Assembly: GCF_964204865.1 (NCBI RefSeq) | Contig: NC_135251.1 | Span: 23,560,001-23,624,000, forward strand | DNA length: 64,000 nt | Source of the DNA: Styela clava | Lineage: Eukaryota | Direction of reading: 5' to 3' | In this document: positions 13,801-25,900 of the stretch, piece by piece | How positions within the stretch are numbered: position 1 is the first letter of the stretch | How the letters are laid out: every line of letters begins with the position of its first letter | Program-made: the position numbers and the translations under genes | Notes under the pieces: generated by a model | The model's database searches: none | What the model was told of the DNA's origin: nothing | The model's input: only the letters and a program-made list of their open reading frames with translations

Positions 13801-16800
13801 ATTGGGAAAAAATTATAATTGCAGTACTAAACACTCTCTTTCTATATGGCATCTCGAAAATCCACTGCGGACAAGAGGGCATTTAAACGGCGATTAAAAA
13901 AAATATCCATTTCCATTCTAACTTAATAAAAGATAGATTAATATCAGAAAAGCGAATATCACGCGAAATTTAATTTTCTACATTTTCGACCAAAAAGTCA
14001 AAACATTGAATATTTGGGTTACCGCCTTTTCTTTCAATATAGATTTCAGCATCCATTTGTTGTTCAATTCGGGTCTTCTTTTTAAGTGAATATGAGGGGC
14101 TAAAAACCACCCAGAGATAAAAATTTCTTCTGTTGCGGACAACAATGCATCTGCAACGGCGGAGAAATAGTCAGATCCATCGACGAACCTAAACATATAT
14201 ATTCTAAATAAGACTTTTGCAATTGTCAAATTGTGTTTTACAATAATACTGTAACATAATTATAGAATTTATCTTTATTCTATACAGCGTCATATTTTTC
14301 CCGAAGTCCCCTCTCAAAGTGGTCTTGAATACATTTGCTAATGATTTTAAGACAGTTTGTACTTATTCAATGGCTACTCCAATTCTCCGAAAGTCTGTAA
14401 ACCATACATGTACTGTAATTGAACTTGCCAGTGAGCTCGTGCATTTCTGATTGGTGAATGACAAACAATGCCTTCTCTACTGTTCTTCCAATCATATTCT
14501 AGAATCTTAGCAACGTTCATTTCTATTGCCGATTTCCATACTGTTGCATGGTAAGCACTTGGACACTTCAGAAGAATTCTGTCATTAGAAGATATTACTT
14601 TAATCAGTATTGATCAATAAATGGCGTGAGGCTAAGAATATCACATTGGTCCTGGTAAATTAAAGAATCCGCCTATGCCAAGCGCCATGATCATTATGTA
14701 GCTCAATTAACCGTGTAAGCTATGAATAACCGGAAAGCCGATTTGTATTGGACAGTAATTTGAAGATGTGAGGTTCACAAGTCTTGTTTTGAAACGAGTT
14801 TTTTTTATCGGTTACGTTAGGTTATATTCAAGGATTTTATTGTTCCGAGACAAAGAATACAGTTTGATAACATATTTTAAAGGTCAGTATTAGTCACGAA
14901 AATTTTCAATATTATTTTTCAAATTAAAATAACATTTCGTGCCTAAAACAATGTGAGTAATAGCATAACATATAAATCCTGATTCTTGAAAAAGCCAATC
15001 CAACCTACCTATGTGAGAAATTTTTTATCGCAATTTTGTCATTTCTTTGTTTTAGGGTTGTGTTGGTGTCGAAAAGAAAAACTCCTTCGACATTATTTTT
15101 TGATGGATCAAGATAAATCAGAAAATTTTTCTTCAGAATAAACCATCTGAAAATTTGTAATAAAATCTTGTCAGTTTTAGGATTTATACAATAAAATATA
15201 AATTAACAATCAAATTCATTTTGAGGATAAATATTTTCATGATTGATTTTTTCTTTGAATAAAAATTCATAACCTCGCAAGTGTTCGCGCTGCAATTTAT
15301 TTTCTTTCCTGCAACTGGGTTTTACTTAGATTTTAACAGTACAATTATTAATCTTTCATTTTTTAAAATGAATATGGTTCATTTGTTGGGCCCTATTCTG
15401 CTAGTTGATACCGATTAAAGTTTTATTTACCATGAAATTTAAGAAGCATTTCTAATTTTTAAACTTTATCGATTTCACCTTTTATTCCACGATGCATTTT
15501 TCACTAAACAGCAAGAAGATCTTTTTTGAAGGAATCCTTCTCTGGAATATAAACGTGTATTTATTTGAAAACAAACCATTTCTATTACGTATCTCATTCA
15601 AATTTGAAATTGGGGTTAAAACTTACTTTTCTTTATTTCCCAACGCCAATATAAAAGAAAACTTGCTGATTTCAAAAAAGTTAATCTGGAAATTAAAGTT
15701 ATCTTTTAGTTTTAGGAAAAAAAATTGATCGTCTAAAAAAATTGCAAATGCGGTCTTCAGAGAGATAATACATTTGACTAATTGATATTGCAATAAAAAG
15801 TGATCCAAGAAAATACTTACTACAATTGAAAGACGTTTGTAAGCATTCACAGCCAAAATAGAATTCAAAAAATCGGCGATGACGCTCTAAAAACAGTATA
15901 TTTTCACTTGCATTCACGACATGTTGTTAGATTTTATGCACTGTTTATTAGGAAGTATTTTTGGATTCTATAATTCATCAATCGGACGATAAATAGAAGG
16001 TACCACCTTTATATGATCTTTCATAAGCACTTCTTTGGACTTCAAAATGAAAGCCATGTTAGATATTTCGGACAATCCTTTACTTTTAGCCAGAGCATTT
16101 CCTTCCTTCGGACTAATATAGTAAATAAAACTGGTGTAAATATAATAGGTAATATTCACGCATAGGCATACGTAAAAGTAGAATCAAATTTAATTATTAC
16201 ATAAGTGAGAAGTATCTAACCGTAATAGATAAGAAAATAACGAAATAAACTTACTTAGTTACGAGATAGTTTGGAGTCATAATAAATGGAACTGTATCGA
16301 TTACATTTTCTATTCATCGAAGCATACAAACTATACTTAAATCCAGTATGCACGTAAAATAGCATCATATATGGCCTTGAACGATTAATTTAAAAAAAAA
16401 TGATAATGTTATGGCAATAGCTAACAGTAGTGCCAAAACGATTATTGTGAAAATATTTCTATTTTTCTAGTTATTTTCTCAGCAAAACAATATGTTATTT
16501 TTAATATATTTTTCTCAACAACATTAAAATATATTTACGTATCGGGTCCCGTAAACCCCAATGCTCGGTATATACTGAGATCCCAATCCAACAACAGAAT
16601 GTCGGTAAGTTTTTTGTGTATTGTCCATTCAAATTGTCCATGTGTAATGAATATTTCATACCTAAACATAAAGGGGTATGTGTATATTAATCCCGAATCA
16701 GTGACTTACCAAAACATTAATTTTTGGGTTTAATTATTAATATATACCATATATTTCCAGAGTCAATGGCCTCAATGGCAGAAACAACTTGAAGTGTATT

Positions 16801-17545
16801 CTCGGTCGAAAAGAAGTTATGTAGGAATTCATACTCTTCTAAGGCAGCTGTAAAACAAATGTAAAGAGTAAGTTGACAAGACATTTGGACGCATTTATAT
16901 TCATATAAATATTTCCAATATTTACAGGGCGACTTTTATACAAATTTTACAAAAGAAACGTCGCGAGCCATTAGCTAATAGTAAAAAAGGTCTGATGAAA
17001 CAAGAAAGAGGGATGTGTCCCCGGACCCAATGACAAGATATCTGAAAGAATTCAAATTGTTATTGCTTGAGAAACATCTAAGTGTAGCCTTTTATATAGC
17101 GACGGAACCAAATTGTATGAAATGTTGAGACGAATCTGTTGGGCAGCGTTATTAATGGCAATCAAGGTTTTTGGTCAATAAAACACTCTGAAAATCTGTT
17201 GGTTCCAGTCACGACCTGACTAAGACTGATTTACTTTAATTAACAAATGGTAAGCATGTCCAGGCCTTCAAGGAGTAAACTGTGCGTTATATTATACCTT
17301 TCCATTATTTCCAGTGTAAAAGCTATCGTTGCCTAACAAAAGATTGTTGAATTTCCCAACAATATTCATTTTAGAGAGATAAAGAACTTAATATTAAGAA
17401 TGAATACAAAGCAGCGATATCTAATTTAACAGTTCGATAACTCACCTTCACTTGTTCTTGTAAACAGCGACTGTCCGCTGCTAAAACTCGATGTTGACGG
17501 TAATTCCGGATATATATTCTCGTGAATGGTTGGTAATGAAGTCAT
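7804..17545 (-). CDS. Phospholipase D1/2-like paralog (PLD-B), complete, about 894 aa, compact and divergent, both HKD motifs intact
   Basis: 23 exons, 2685 nt, in frame to TGA at 7804-7806: 17446-17545, 16748-16847, 16539-16661, 16007-16112, 15821-15886, 15627-15685, 15479-15541, 15009-15146, 14429-14578 (GC donor), 14023-14188, 13610-13751, 12892-13043, 12444-12543, 12117-12235, 11688-11804, 11323-11433, 10615-10769, 10100-10203, 9615-9752, 8862-8964, 8435-8603, 8091-8195, 7804-7902. Motifs: HHEKLVIID (HKD1), [36 protein letters not shown] (HKD2), C-terminus LIPVSVFT*. Confidence 0.93.
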
Positions 17546-18167
17546 TTCAGATACTGTAATCCATAAAATGGAGTCTCTTGTAAAAATTATTCTTTAGATA
17601 ACTTTATAATTTTATTAGAAAACAAACGCTGTTGGGATATTAAAAATTCAAAGAATAATTTCGGGTACTGTTTTTGCCACGCGGCTAATTTTCTAGCCTG
17701 TTTTGCTGAGATTAACTGCTTAGATTATTGCTTTATCTTCTAACTTACTCTAATCTAAGATGAACAATATCTAATGGAACTACTACCGTCAAATTATAAT
17801 TTTTGAATTTTCTTGACTTGCCCTCTTCATCGGCGTTTTTTGTTTGGTAAAATGATATCTACATACATTTTAATTTTGCAAATAAATTACTAACACACTG
17901 TGCTGTATCTAAGCTACAGTCGCAACGTATGTAGCGTATTGTAATACAATAATAATCGCTATAGAACAAGTCATCCTGGTATTCAAATATCGTATTGTTT
18001 TAGCCCACATTATATTGATTGTCTCCCACATATATCCTGTGATTGCAAGAAAGCTCGAAACGGTAATTAATGCAAGGATTGTAAATATTGGCTCTTATTT
18101 GTCCATAGCTACATTTTTCTAGTGGTTTTTGCTAGGCAAGTTTTGTTATCTTGTAGAATTCCTGGTA

Positions 18168-18394
18168 CTCCCGAAGTATGTGAACTAATGCGGCGGACAC
18201 CGGAAGGTAGTCTGTGTACCTGGTTAGGATTAGACCATGATTTTATTCCAATTTTCCTTATTTTAGTCATATTACGAGTTCGGGGACTAGCCAAGCGACT
18301 CCCGTAGTATTTGTACCTGAAATTATGGCCAGCCCTAATGTATATAGCCTACTACATTCCGGTGTCCGTCATCTTGGTTCACATACTTCGGGAG
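18168..18394. mobile_element. TA-flanked MITE with about 38-bp TIRs upstream of PLD-B
   Basis: ta-CTCCCGAAGTATGTGAAC..GCGGACACCGGAA versus TTCCGGTGTCCGTC..GTTCACATACTTCGGGAG-ta. The internal sequence recurs at about 38708-38905. Confidence 0.8.
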
Positions 18395-21003
18395 TATCAA
18401 ATTACTAAATCCAATCACTGCTGAAACGTGCTATTTTATTGAAAGTTGTACCTGAGGAATATTATTTAAGCAAAATTAGCTACGAGCAATCGATAATATT
18501 CAATGTAATATACGATTTCCTTTTTGTGCTATCATTCAATTCAAGATTGTATGATTTAGAATCATTAAATAATTCATGAATACATTTGATTCAACAATTT
18601 GCGGAAGATTTACAGCCATGCAATACACACTGTCTGGTAGATATATACTATCGTCGTGATGTAGAATCGTTGCGAATGAGCTTCCATTCAATGCAGTCGA
18701 AAAAAATACATTAGCTGGCATAAAAAAGCATTTGGCGAAATCAGAATCTCTAATCTGAAAAGAGAATGTGCTCTCATTATTATAAAAGGAAGCCATTACC
18801 GACCTCATCTTTCGTGTTGAATAAACTTGTTGCATGCATGGACACGAATTGAATTTGTTAAAAAGGTGTTCATCAAGCTAAATATAGTTTTTACACAATG
18901 GATTTGTGGCTTTCCGGAATGTTTGTTTTATTTTTTAATAGACCGTGACACCGCGCATATGGAATCGTTAGTTATTCAGTTATTACTATACCAGCCCTAT
19001 GGCTCAGAAAAAAGGACGTGAGTCGCCCTATAATTTATACTCTGGCAGGCTTGTCTCTCTTTGAAGATAAATATAAAAATTCCTGGAAGTATGTCGCCCG
19101 AGAAAATTTTTGTTAAAATGTTATTTAATCATTTCGCCAATATGCATTTATATTTTGAGACATGAAATTTCAGCTTCGCCCACCCGCCGCCAAAACATAC
19201 TGACATATCTCAGACCTGAAAAAATTCACTTCAACGCTTTACTGGTATCAATGTGTTCGTGCGACTAGAGCTGGACATTTCAAATCGAATTGTAAATTAT
19301 TCGAATCGGCTCAGATGAATATTTCGAGTCGTCACCATCTTGTTTTATTTTGTCCGCCAAAGGTTGAGGTGAATTTTTCCCATTGAAGCTTTAATTTTAC
19401 AATATTATTCTAACATAACATATCTAGTGAGTTGTCGACGAAACATGTTTCTCAATGTGTGTGGACGCTTAGCGAACTATCTGAGTGATTTCTATATTTT
19501 GATTAATTTATGCATGTAGGACCCATAACAATAAACGTCACATATATTGCATATATATTCGAGATTCGAGTCGAAAAAATATTCGATTCAATTCTGAAAA
19601 CTCCAAGTATTCGAAAATGCCAGTTTTATCGATTGCGCGATTACGCTCGTATTCAACTTTGTCATTTGCAAAATTAACTACGGTATAATTACTCGGTTTA
19701 GCCATGCGCATTGTCCTATTTTATTCTACAAAGTAGGAGGATTGTACACAAAAATGTCTGCGTCCCCATGTTGAGCCCGACGAATGCCCCTTTCATGTCA
19801 TAACTGACAATTTAAATGCACTTGGGGATTATCCACGAGAGGATTAGTGTTTCTCGTCTTCGGCGAGTGGCTTATTTGACCGCTGGTCGACTTTTAGTCG
19901 ATACTACGTCACAGTAAAACGGAAACGGTTTATACCACATTTTTCCGAAATGCACCTTTTCCAGCCTTCTATCTCAATGAAACAGAAGCCTTCTTTTGGT
20001 CTGGTTTCCAAAACTGTACTGGTTTTAATTAGAATTCTAGCCACTGGCTAATGTCCAATTTCAGGTTAGGCTGTACAGAAATTACGAAAAGACGATTTCC
20101 TTAAAATGTACCTTAGGCTAATTTGGTTCTAACCTGGCCCTTGCATTTATGGAAGTTTCGAACCTGGATCAGAACAGAGGCCGTGGTCCACCAGATGTTT
20201 ATACCCTTTCTCTCCCCGTAAAGTACAAAAAATGCATCTTTATCAGTGATTTATTACCATCTCTCAATATAATACAAAACAAAACAAAATTATTTCTTAA
20301 TTTTCAATTAATTAGAGGACAGTATACATTTGGTTCATTAGGTTCAGAAAAATATTGATAATTAAATTATTGATTTGATGCATAGTTAATTATGATATGA
20401 CCCAATAATAAATAAACCCAGTGTAAAATCACGCAATTACTAACTGATGGCTTAGAAGTATTTTCACTTGATTGAAAGGTAATTAACAATGAATTAGAGT
20501 GGTATGTAGATTAAGTATGAAACTGTGGAAGGTGATTTGATTAAAAGTGATTGTGCAAATAACAAAAGAAAAATACATAAAGGTATTGAATCTTTCAGGA
20601 AAGATTTCTGTAGATATAGCACTTGAATGTTTCATAGAACTTAATGAAAAACACCATTTTGATTTTGAACATTGTAAAAATTAAATATATATATGAGAGT
20701 TCTCATATTAGTTTAGGAACTACCTCACCCAGAGGGATCCATTCCTATATCTTTGTGTATGTAGTAAAAATCAAAGATGCAACATACATGTTCTATTACT
20801 CTGAATGTCATCAACAAATATACTAATAAACATGGTGGTATTAAATGCAACTAAGTTTGCAACAAAATTTGGCTAATAAATCATTTCATATATTCTTGAT
20901 GCACAATTAAAGTAGGATTTCAAAAAGCTTGATAATGGTAACAATTAATAATGTTTTTGATGAAAAAAACAAATCCTTTTCATGGTGCCAAAAGCATCTA
21001 GAT

Positions 21004-21271
21004 CACTGGTCCTCAACCAGTGGGCCATGGCCCACTGCTGGGCCACAGAAACATATTCAGGTGGGCTACAAACATATTGAAAATGACAAGAGTTATTGAT
21101 AAATTAGTTAAACTTTAATATACAAATACAAAGAAAATTAAAAATGGAGAATTCTGGAGAGCGAGAATTATCATATTGTGGAGTTTTCGAAACTATCTAT
21201 CTAATCTAAAGAATTTTTTTTGTAGTTTTTCCCTTGCATGAGAAAGTTAAAAGGCCACATGAGAACCACTG
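21004..21271. mobile_element. hAT-type MITE downstream of the PLD-C stop (probable 3' UTR)
   Basis: Ends CACTGGTCCTCA / TGAGAACCACTG; perfect 8-bp TSD atctagat at 20996-21003 and 21272-21279. Confidence 0.8.
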
Positions 21272-22820
21272 ATCTAGATAAAGGTAAAAAATAAAAAAGG
21301 ACCCACCCACAACCCTCTGAGGTGCGCCGAATTATCAGAAATTCAGTTTAATGATGCAGTGACAGTGGCCTCATGGCTGTTCAAGCTGATCAAGATGAAT
21401 TTTACACAACAGAAGTGATTGAAGTTGACAGTTTTGTAGTCACTGGACCTAACTGAAGTCATAGTTTGAAAAACAACACCCCGTTTTGTCAAAATTGCCC
21501 TGTGTTTTATAAATTAGGCAGACTATGCCAAATTGGAAAGATATAATTCTTTTAATATCATAGTAGCTCATTATGTCAAAGTCAGAGCAAAAGTGTTAAA
21601 TATCCTATAAAGCAGTCTTATTCATCCGTTTTTGAAGTTGTTTCTGAACACACACATGAAACTCTATAAAACATTGCAAATTACTAAAAAACTGTGCAAC
21701 AGGGTTACAAATTGGGACAAAAGTTCTTGAATATATACCATAAACACAAAAATTGCAGCCTTTTAATTATTCTAGTTCAAGTACCATTATTATCTGTATT
21801 GGCAAAAGTAAATATGATAAGTTCACACCTAAACCAATCGTTGTTAATAATAGAATTGATTCTCTGTTAGCACACTAAATGCAACAATGTGAATTTTTTT
21901 GTTAATGCGATAACAAAATGTATAACAAAGTCAAGCACCATCATGATGAAACGTGGAAAAGCTTTCTCAGGGTATAAGTTTAGGAAGCATTTTTTTTCTA
22001 GAGACTTCTGTTTAATTTAATTTTATAAAACAGGTTACTGGAAAAAGAGATCATAACTAAACGAACAGCAGTAGAACTAGCTCATGTACCAGATATTTTA
22101 ATCAAAATTTCCATGACATAATTACACTCCTTTGTGGTTGAGGCAATGGATAACGCAGCATATTTTAGTCCTTGTGGCATATATTGGTCCTATACTTGCA
22201 TAATTATGGAAGGCCAAAACCAAATTATCTGCTATTTCAGATACACTCTAAAATATTATATTGGAATATCCAATTAAACTGCCATGTTTAACAAGAGACA
22301 AATGGATGTCGATTTATATACAAAGAATTTGAATTTGTTAATTGAGATAGGAAGAAATATTAAGATAAACAGTGCTTGATTGGTCCTGTTTCTACAGATA
22401 TCAGGATTTAAATTAAGGCATCTTCAGTCATTCTGTGAGAAATCAATTGCTGCAAAATTCTTTTTTGAATGAAACTAATCCAAATTATTTGAAAAATCAA
22501 GCATATCAATAATCAAATACAATCAAAATTTCTTTTTGGACATCCCAGAGCCTCAGGCTATCTTTTTGTTCATAGTCAGCTCAAATTTTTAGTATGATAT
22601 GGAAAATTAAAAAAAAAAAAATTTCAAAACCACTGTCATTGTCTCGGCATAATACTAGGAATCATTCTATACTCATCATGAAACAAATGCTATAAAAGTA
22701 AATATCTTCCATTTTTGGGCACAAAAACGCAAAAAATGTTACAAAAAACAACATTTTAAATCATCAAAGAAGAACATGATATCGTCAGGAATGGCTGTGA
22801 TAGAAGTCAGTGTTTAAAAA

Positions 22821-22826
22821 TTTATT
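22821..22826 (-). terminator. Candidate proximal polyadenylation signal for PLD-C (distal candidate at 20250-20255)
   Basis: tttatt about 80 nt downstream of the stop. CpG-poor sequence continues to about 20.2 kb, compatible with a long alternative 3' UTR. Confidence 0.35.
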
Positions 22827-22907
22827 AAAGTGGAAAACTTCTGATATGCATATATAAATTGAAAAATATAAATTTAGTTTATAAGATCATCATATGAGGC
22901 CTATGCA

Positions 22908-25900
22908 CTATGTCCACAATGCAGTTGGTGCCATGCTTTCTTTTGTCAAACCCTCTGGTCGAAGAGGTTCGTCTTTTAGAAAAAATAATGGTAAAAGCAC
23001 CAAGTACCCTTGAATCTAAAACAAAATGTTAAAAAGTTGGAGATGAATAGAGATCTCGAATTTAAATTTACCACCAAGATGAGTTTGGTCATACAGCAAT
23101 GTCCAACATCTACTCCACTTCAAACTGACCAGGTTACAGCCATCAAAAGCTCAGCCAAATCACAAAATGAAGTTAAATTAGTCACGGTTCACAAACATAC
23201 ATAAACAAGACATCGCAATGTGACCCGTCGCGCTATGTGTTAGTCCTACGCTTGCCACCACACCTCTGATTACGCTACTTGGGTTCACAGGTTCAAATCC
23301 TGTGTGGAAATAATTATGTGCAAGAGGACCGCTGGACTCCTCTTGTCGCTGCAGGGTTGTTCACATAATCGCTGGTCAGTTATGGCTTCCTCAACCACAA
23401 AGTTCATACATCTGAAAACAAATAACTTTACAACTAATCCCATACCCGGAATGAACTGGTAAACTTACGATGGGCCATAGTTTCCCATATGATTGAGCTG
23501 TCTTATCAAATTTCCTGTACCCCGGGATAAATATTTGAATTCTATCCTAACCAAATCATAATTTTGCTATGATTTTTCAATGTTATTATATCGTCACTTT
23601 TAACTGACAAGCAGCCAATGAAAGATACAAAAATGCTATAGTTGAAATGAAGTGGTACTAATCTGTTCAGCCTATTCATTAATTCATTACATTCTATTCC
23701 TCATATACCCAGAGAGAGCCTATTTTATACAAGTTGTACCAACGCATCTATGCTTAAAATAGGTATCACAATATTACTTGAACAGGTCTTCACAACATAA
23801 TAATATTTAAGAATTTACGCAAAGAAAACATCAATGCATGAGATTTCATATACTACATTTATCACCATTTGGAGTTGTGAATTATAGCAGTGAATTTTAT
23901 ATCATCAAGTACCAACCTTTTCAAGTTCTTCCTTCATTTGATCTACATTTTTCATTTGATGACTTTGAAAGTTGGCGATGTCAGAAAATTTAGCAACAAT
24001 ATCAGATGGTACACATTTGAATACCTGAAAAATGTATAGATAATAAAATCTCATTGTAAAATTTAACAGCTGTTGAATATTGTACCACCACGAAGTTGTA
24101 CACTTCCCGTAGCTTTTGGCATTTCACTCAAAATAAGAATTAGGAGAAGTGCTTATCAAAACAGATTTACAAAAAGGTAAACTTTTTACTCAATATACTA
24201 TTTCATTGGAATAAACACATTAAAGATGACTAATTGTAATTGAAAAACCGCACACACATTTCAAGAGGTGGCAAAAACAACACCCTTGAAGTTTAGTGAT
24301 TTTTTCGATCTAAAAGAGTTGTCTATATGTAAGTGAATGTAAGTAAAATTGAAGATGATAAATTTAAAGAGAATTACATTTGGAAATATACAAATTGCCT
24401 GGTCACAGGGTGTAACTTTTGGACATTTATGTTTTCCTCTATAAATCTAATCTATGCATCTGGAATTGTGCATCTCACCAGTACTCATTACAAACATTCT
24501 CAACATGATATCAGACAGTGGTTTAAAACATTACCACGTTTTCCATTCCCTAAGTAACGATAAAAATCTTATCCTACATCAGTTTGATACCTTTTCATAG
24601 ACATTTGTGTTAATTCCAGCAATTCTGAACCAAACATCCTTGAAAAATTTATCACAAGCAATATCATCAATATTTTCAGTTGGTTCAAAATTTGACTCCA
24701 CTAATTCCTCTGGAAGTAATCCAAGATGTTCAGCAAAAACCCTTTTTCTCAAACGTGATGCAAATCGTCCTACTTGAAATGACCTTAAAACGAACAAACA
24801 ATCATTATACAAAATATACACTGATCTAATTCTATCATTTGTTGTCAATGTTAGTTCGGAATATTTGGACAAAAACAGCAAATATCGATTTGTTCATACA
24901 AAGCTGATGTTCAGCGCAAATATTACAAGTGAATGGAGGTATGCCTCCCTTGACGAGTATCTTATGAATCCTCTATAACATATGTTTTTGTTTGAGATCT
25001 GAGATAATCATTTATTCAAAATATCGCACAAATCTTAGATGCATGTTATTGCCAAGAAGAATACACACTAGTCTGCGTTTTTTTTTATTATAATAGACTT
25101 GAATAGAGCAGAAGTAATTGTTTAAAAGTAAAAAGCATTTACTGTTCAAAAGATTTGATAGTGCTGTTATAGGTTATAGCCTACAAAAAAGAGAGCAAAA
25201 CACTTATTTTTGGAAATATGATGTTGTTGGAGTAACTGGCATCATACTGGCATAAACCGACTCAAAAAGCAAATCTGGATAAGTGAAAGTCATTTGTTCT
25301 AGAACTTAAAATGAATCTTACTTTCCATCCATAGTAGAATCTATCATTTCTGTATCTTCAATTAGCATTGCAACTTCACTGTCTCGTGAACCAGTCATAC
25401 TCCTATCATTTATATTTGCTGAACCTGGTTATTTAATATTGTAAAAATATAAATATAAAATTTTTGAATATGAACAAGAGGAAAAGCTAGATTAATGCAG
25501 TATAAGAAGCATAAATTGGATGATACATAATTTTGTGTTTTCTATGTTTCTTTGAATGAAGTTATTTAGTATCAGTTACTTAGACATAGTATGTTATTGA
25601 AAGCTGAAGGTCTAGATCAGGGGTTGGCAACCTACGGCCTGCGGGCCGAATCCCGCACTATAATACGGCCTGCGGCGCTTCACTAAATTATGGTAACAAA
25701 ACATTCGTTTTGACAAATATATTCTTTAGACAAAATTATATTATAACCTAACAATTATATAATTCACAATTACTCGTTTAATAAACATATAATTTAATTA
25801 TAATTAAGCAAATGGCAACAAAACGCAGAATAGTTGATGTTAAGTGCAAAGGGTTCAATGACGCTGGAAATATTCGAATGGAATTTTATAAGAGGCAATG

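Noticed and set aside
16255-16330. Exon-like segment with AG and GTAAG in PLD-B intron 3
   Set aside because: The required phase gives an in-frame TAA; exon 16007-16112 fits the phase and the paralog structure instead.
5800-22908. PLD array as a polycistronic tunicate-type operon
   Set aside because: CDS-to-CDS gaps of about 2 kb and 5.4 kb filled with TE remnants, unlike the abutting genes of described ascidian operons. Not excluded without transcript data.
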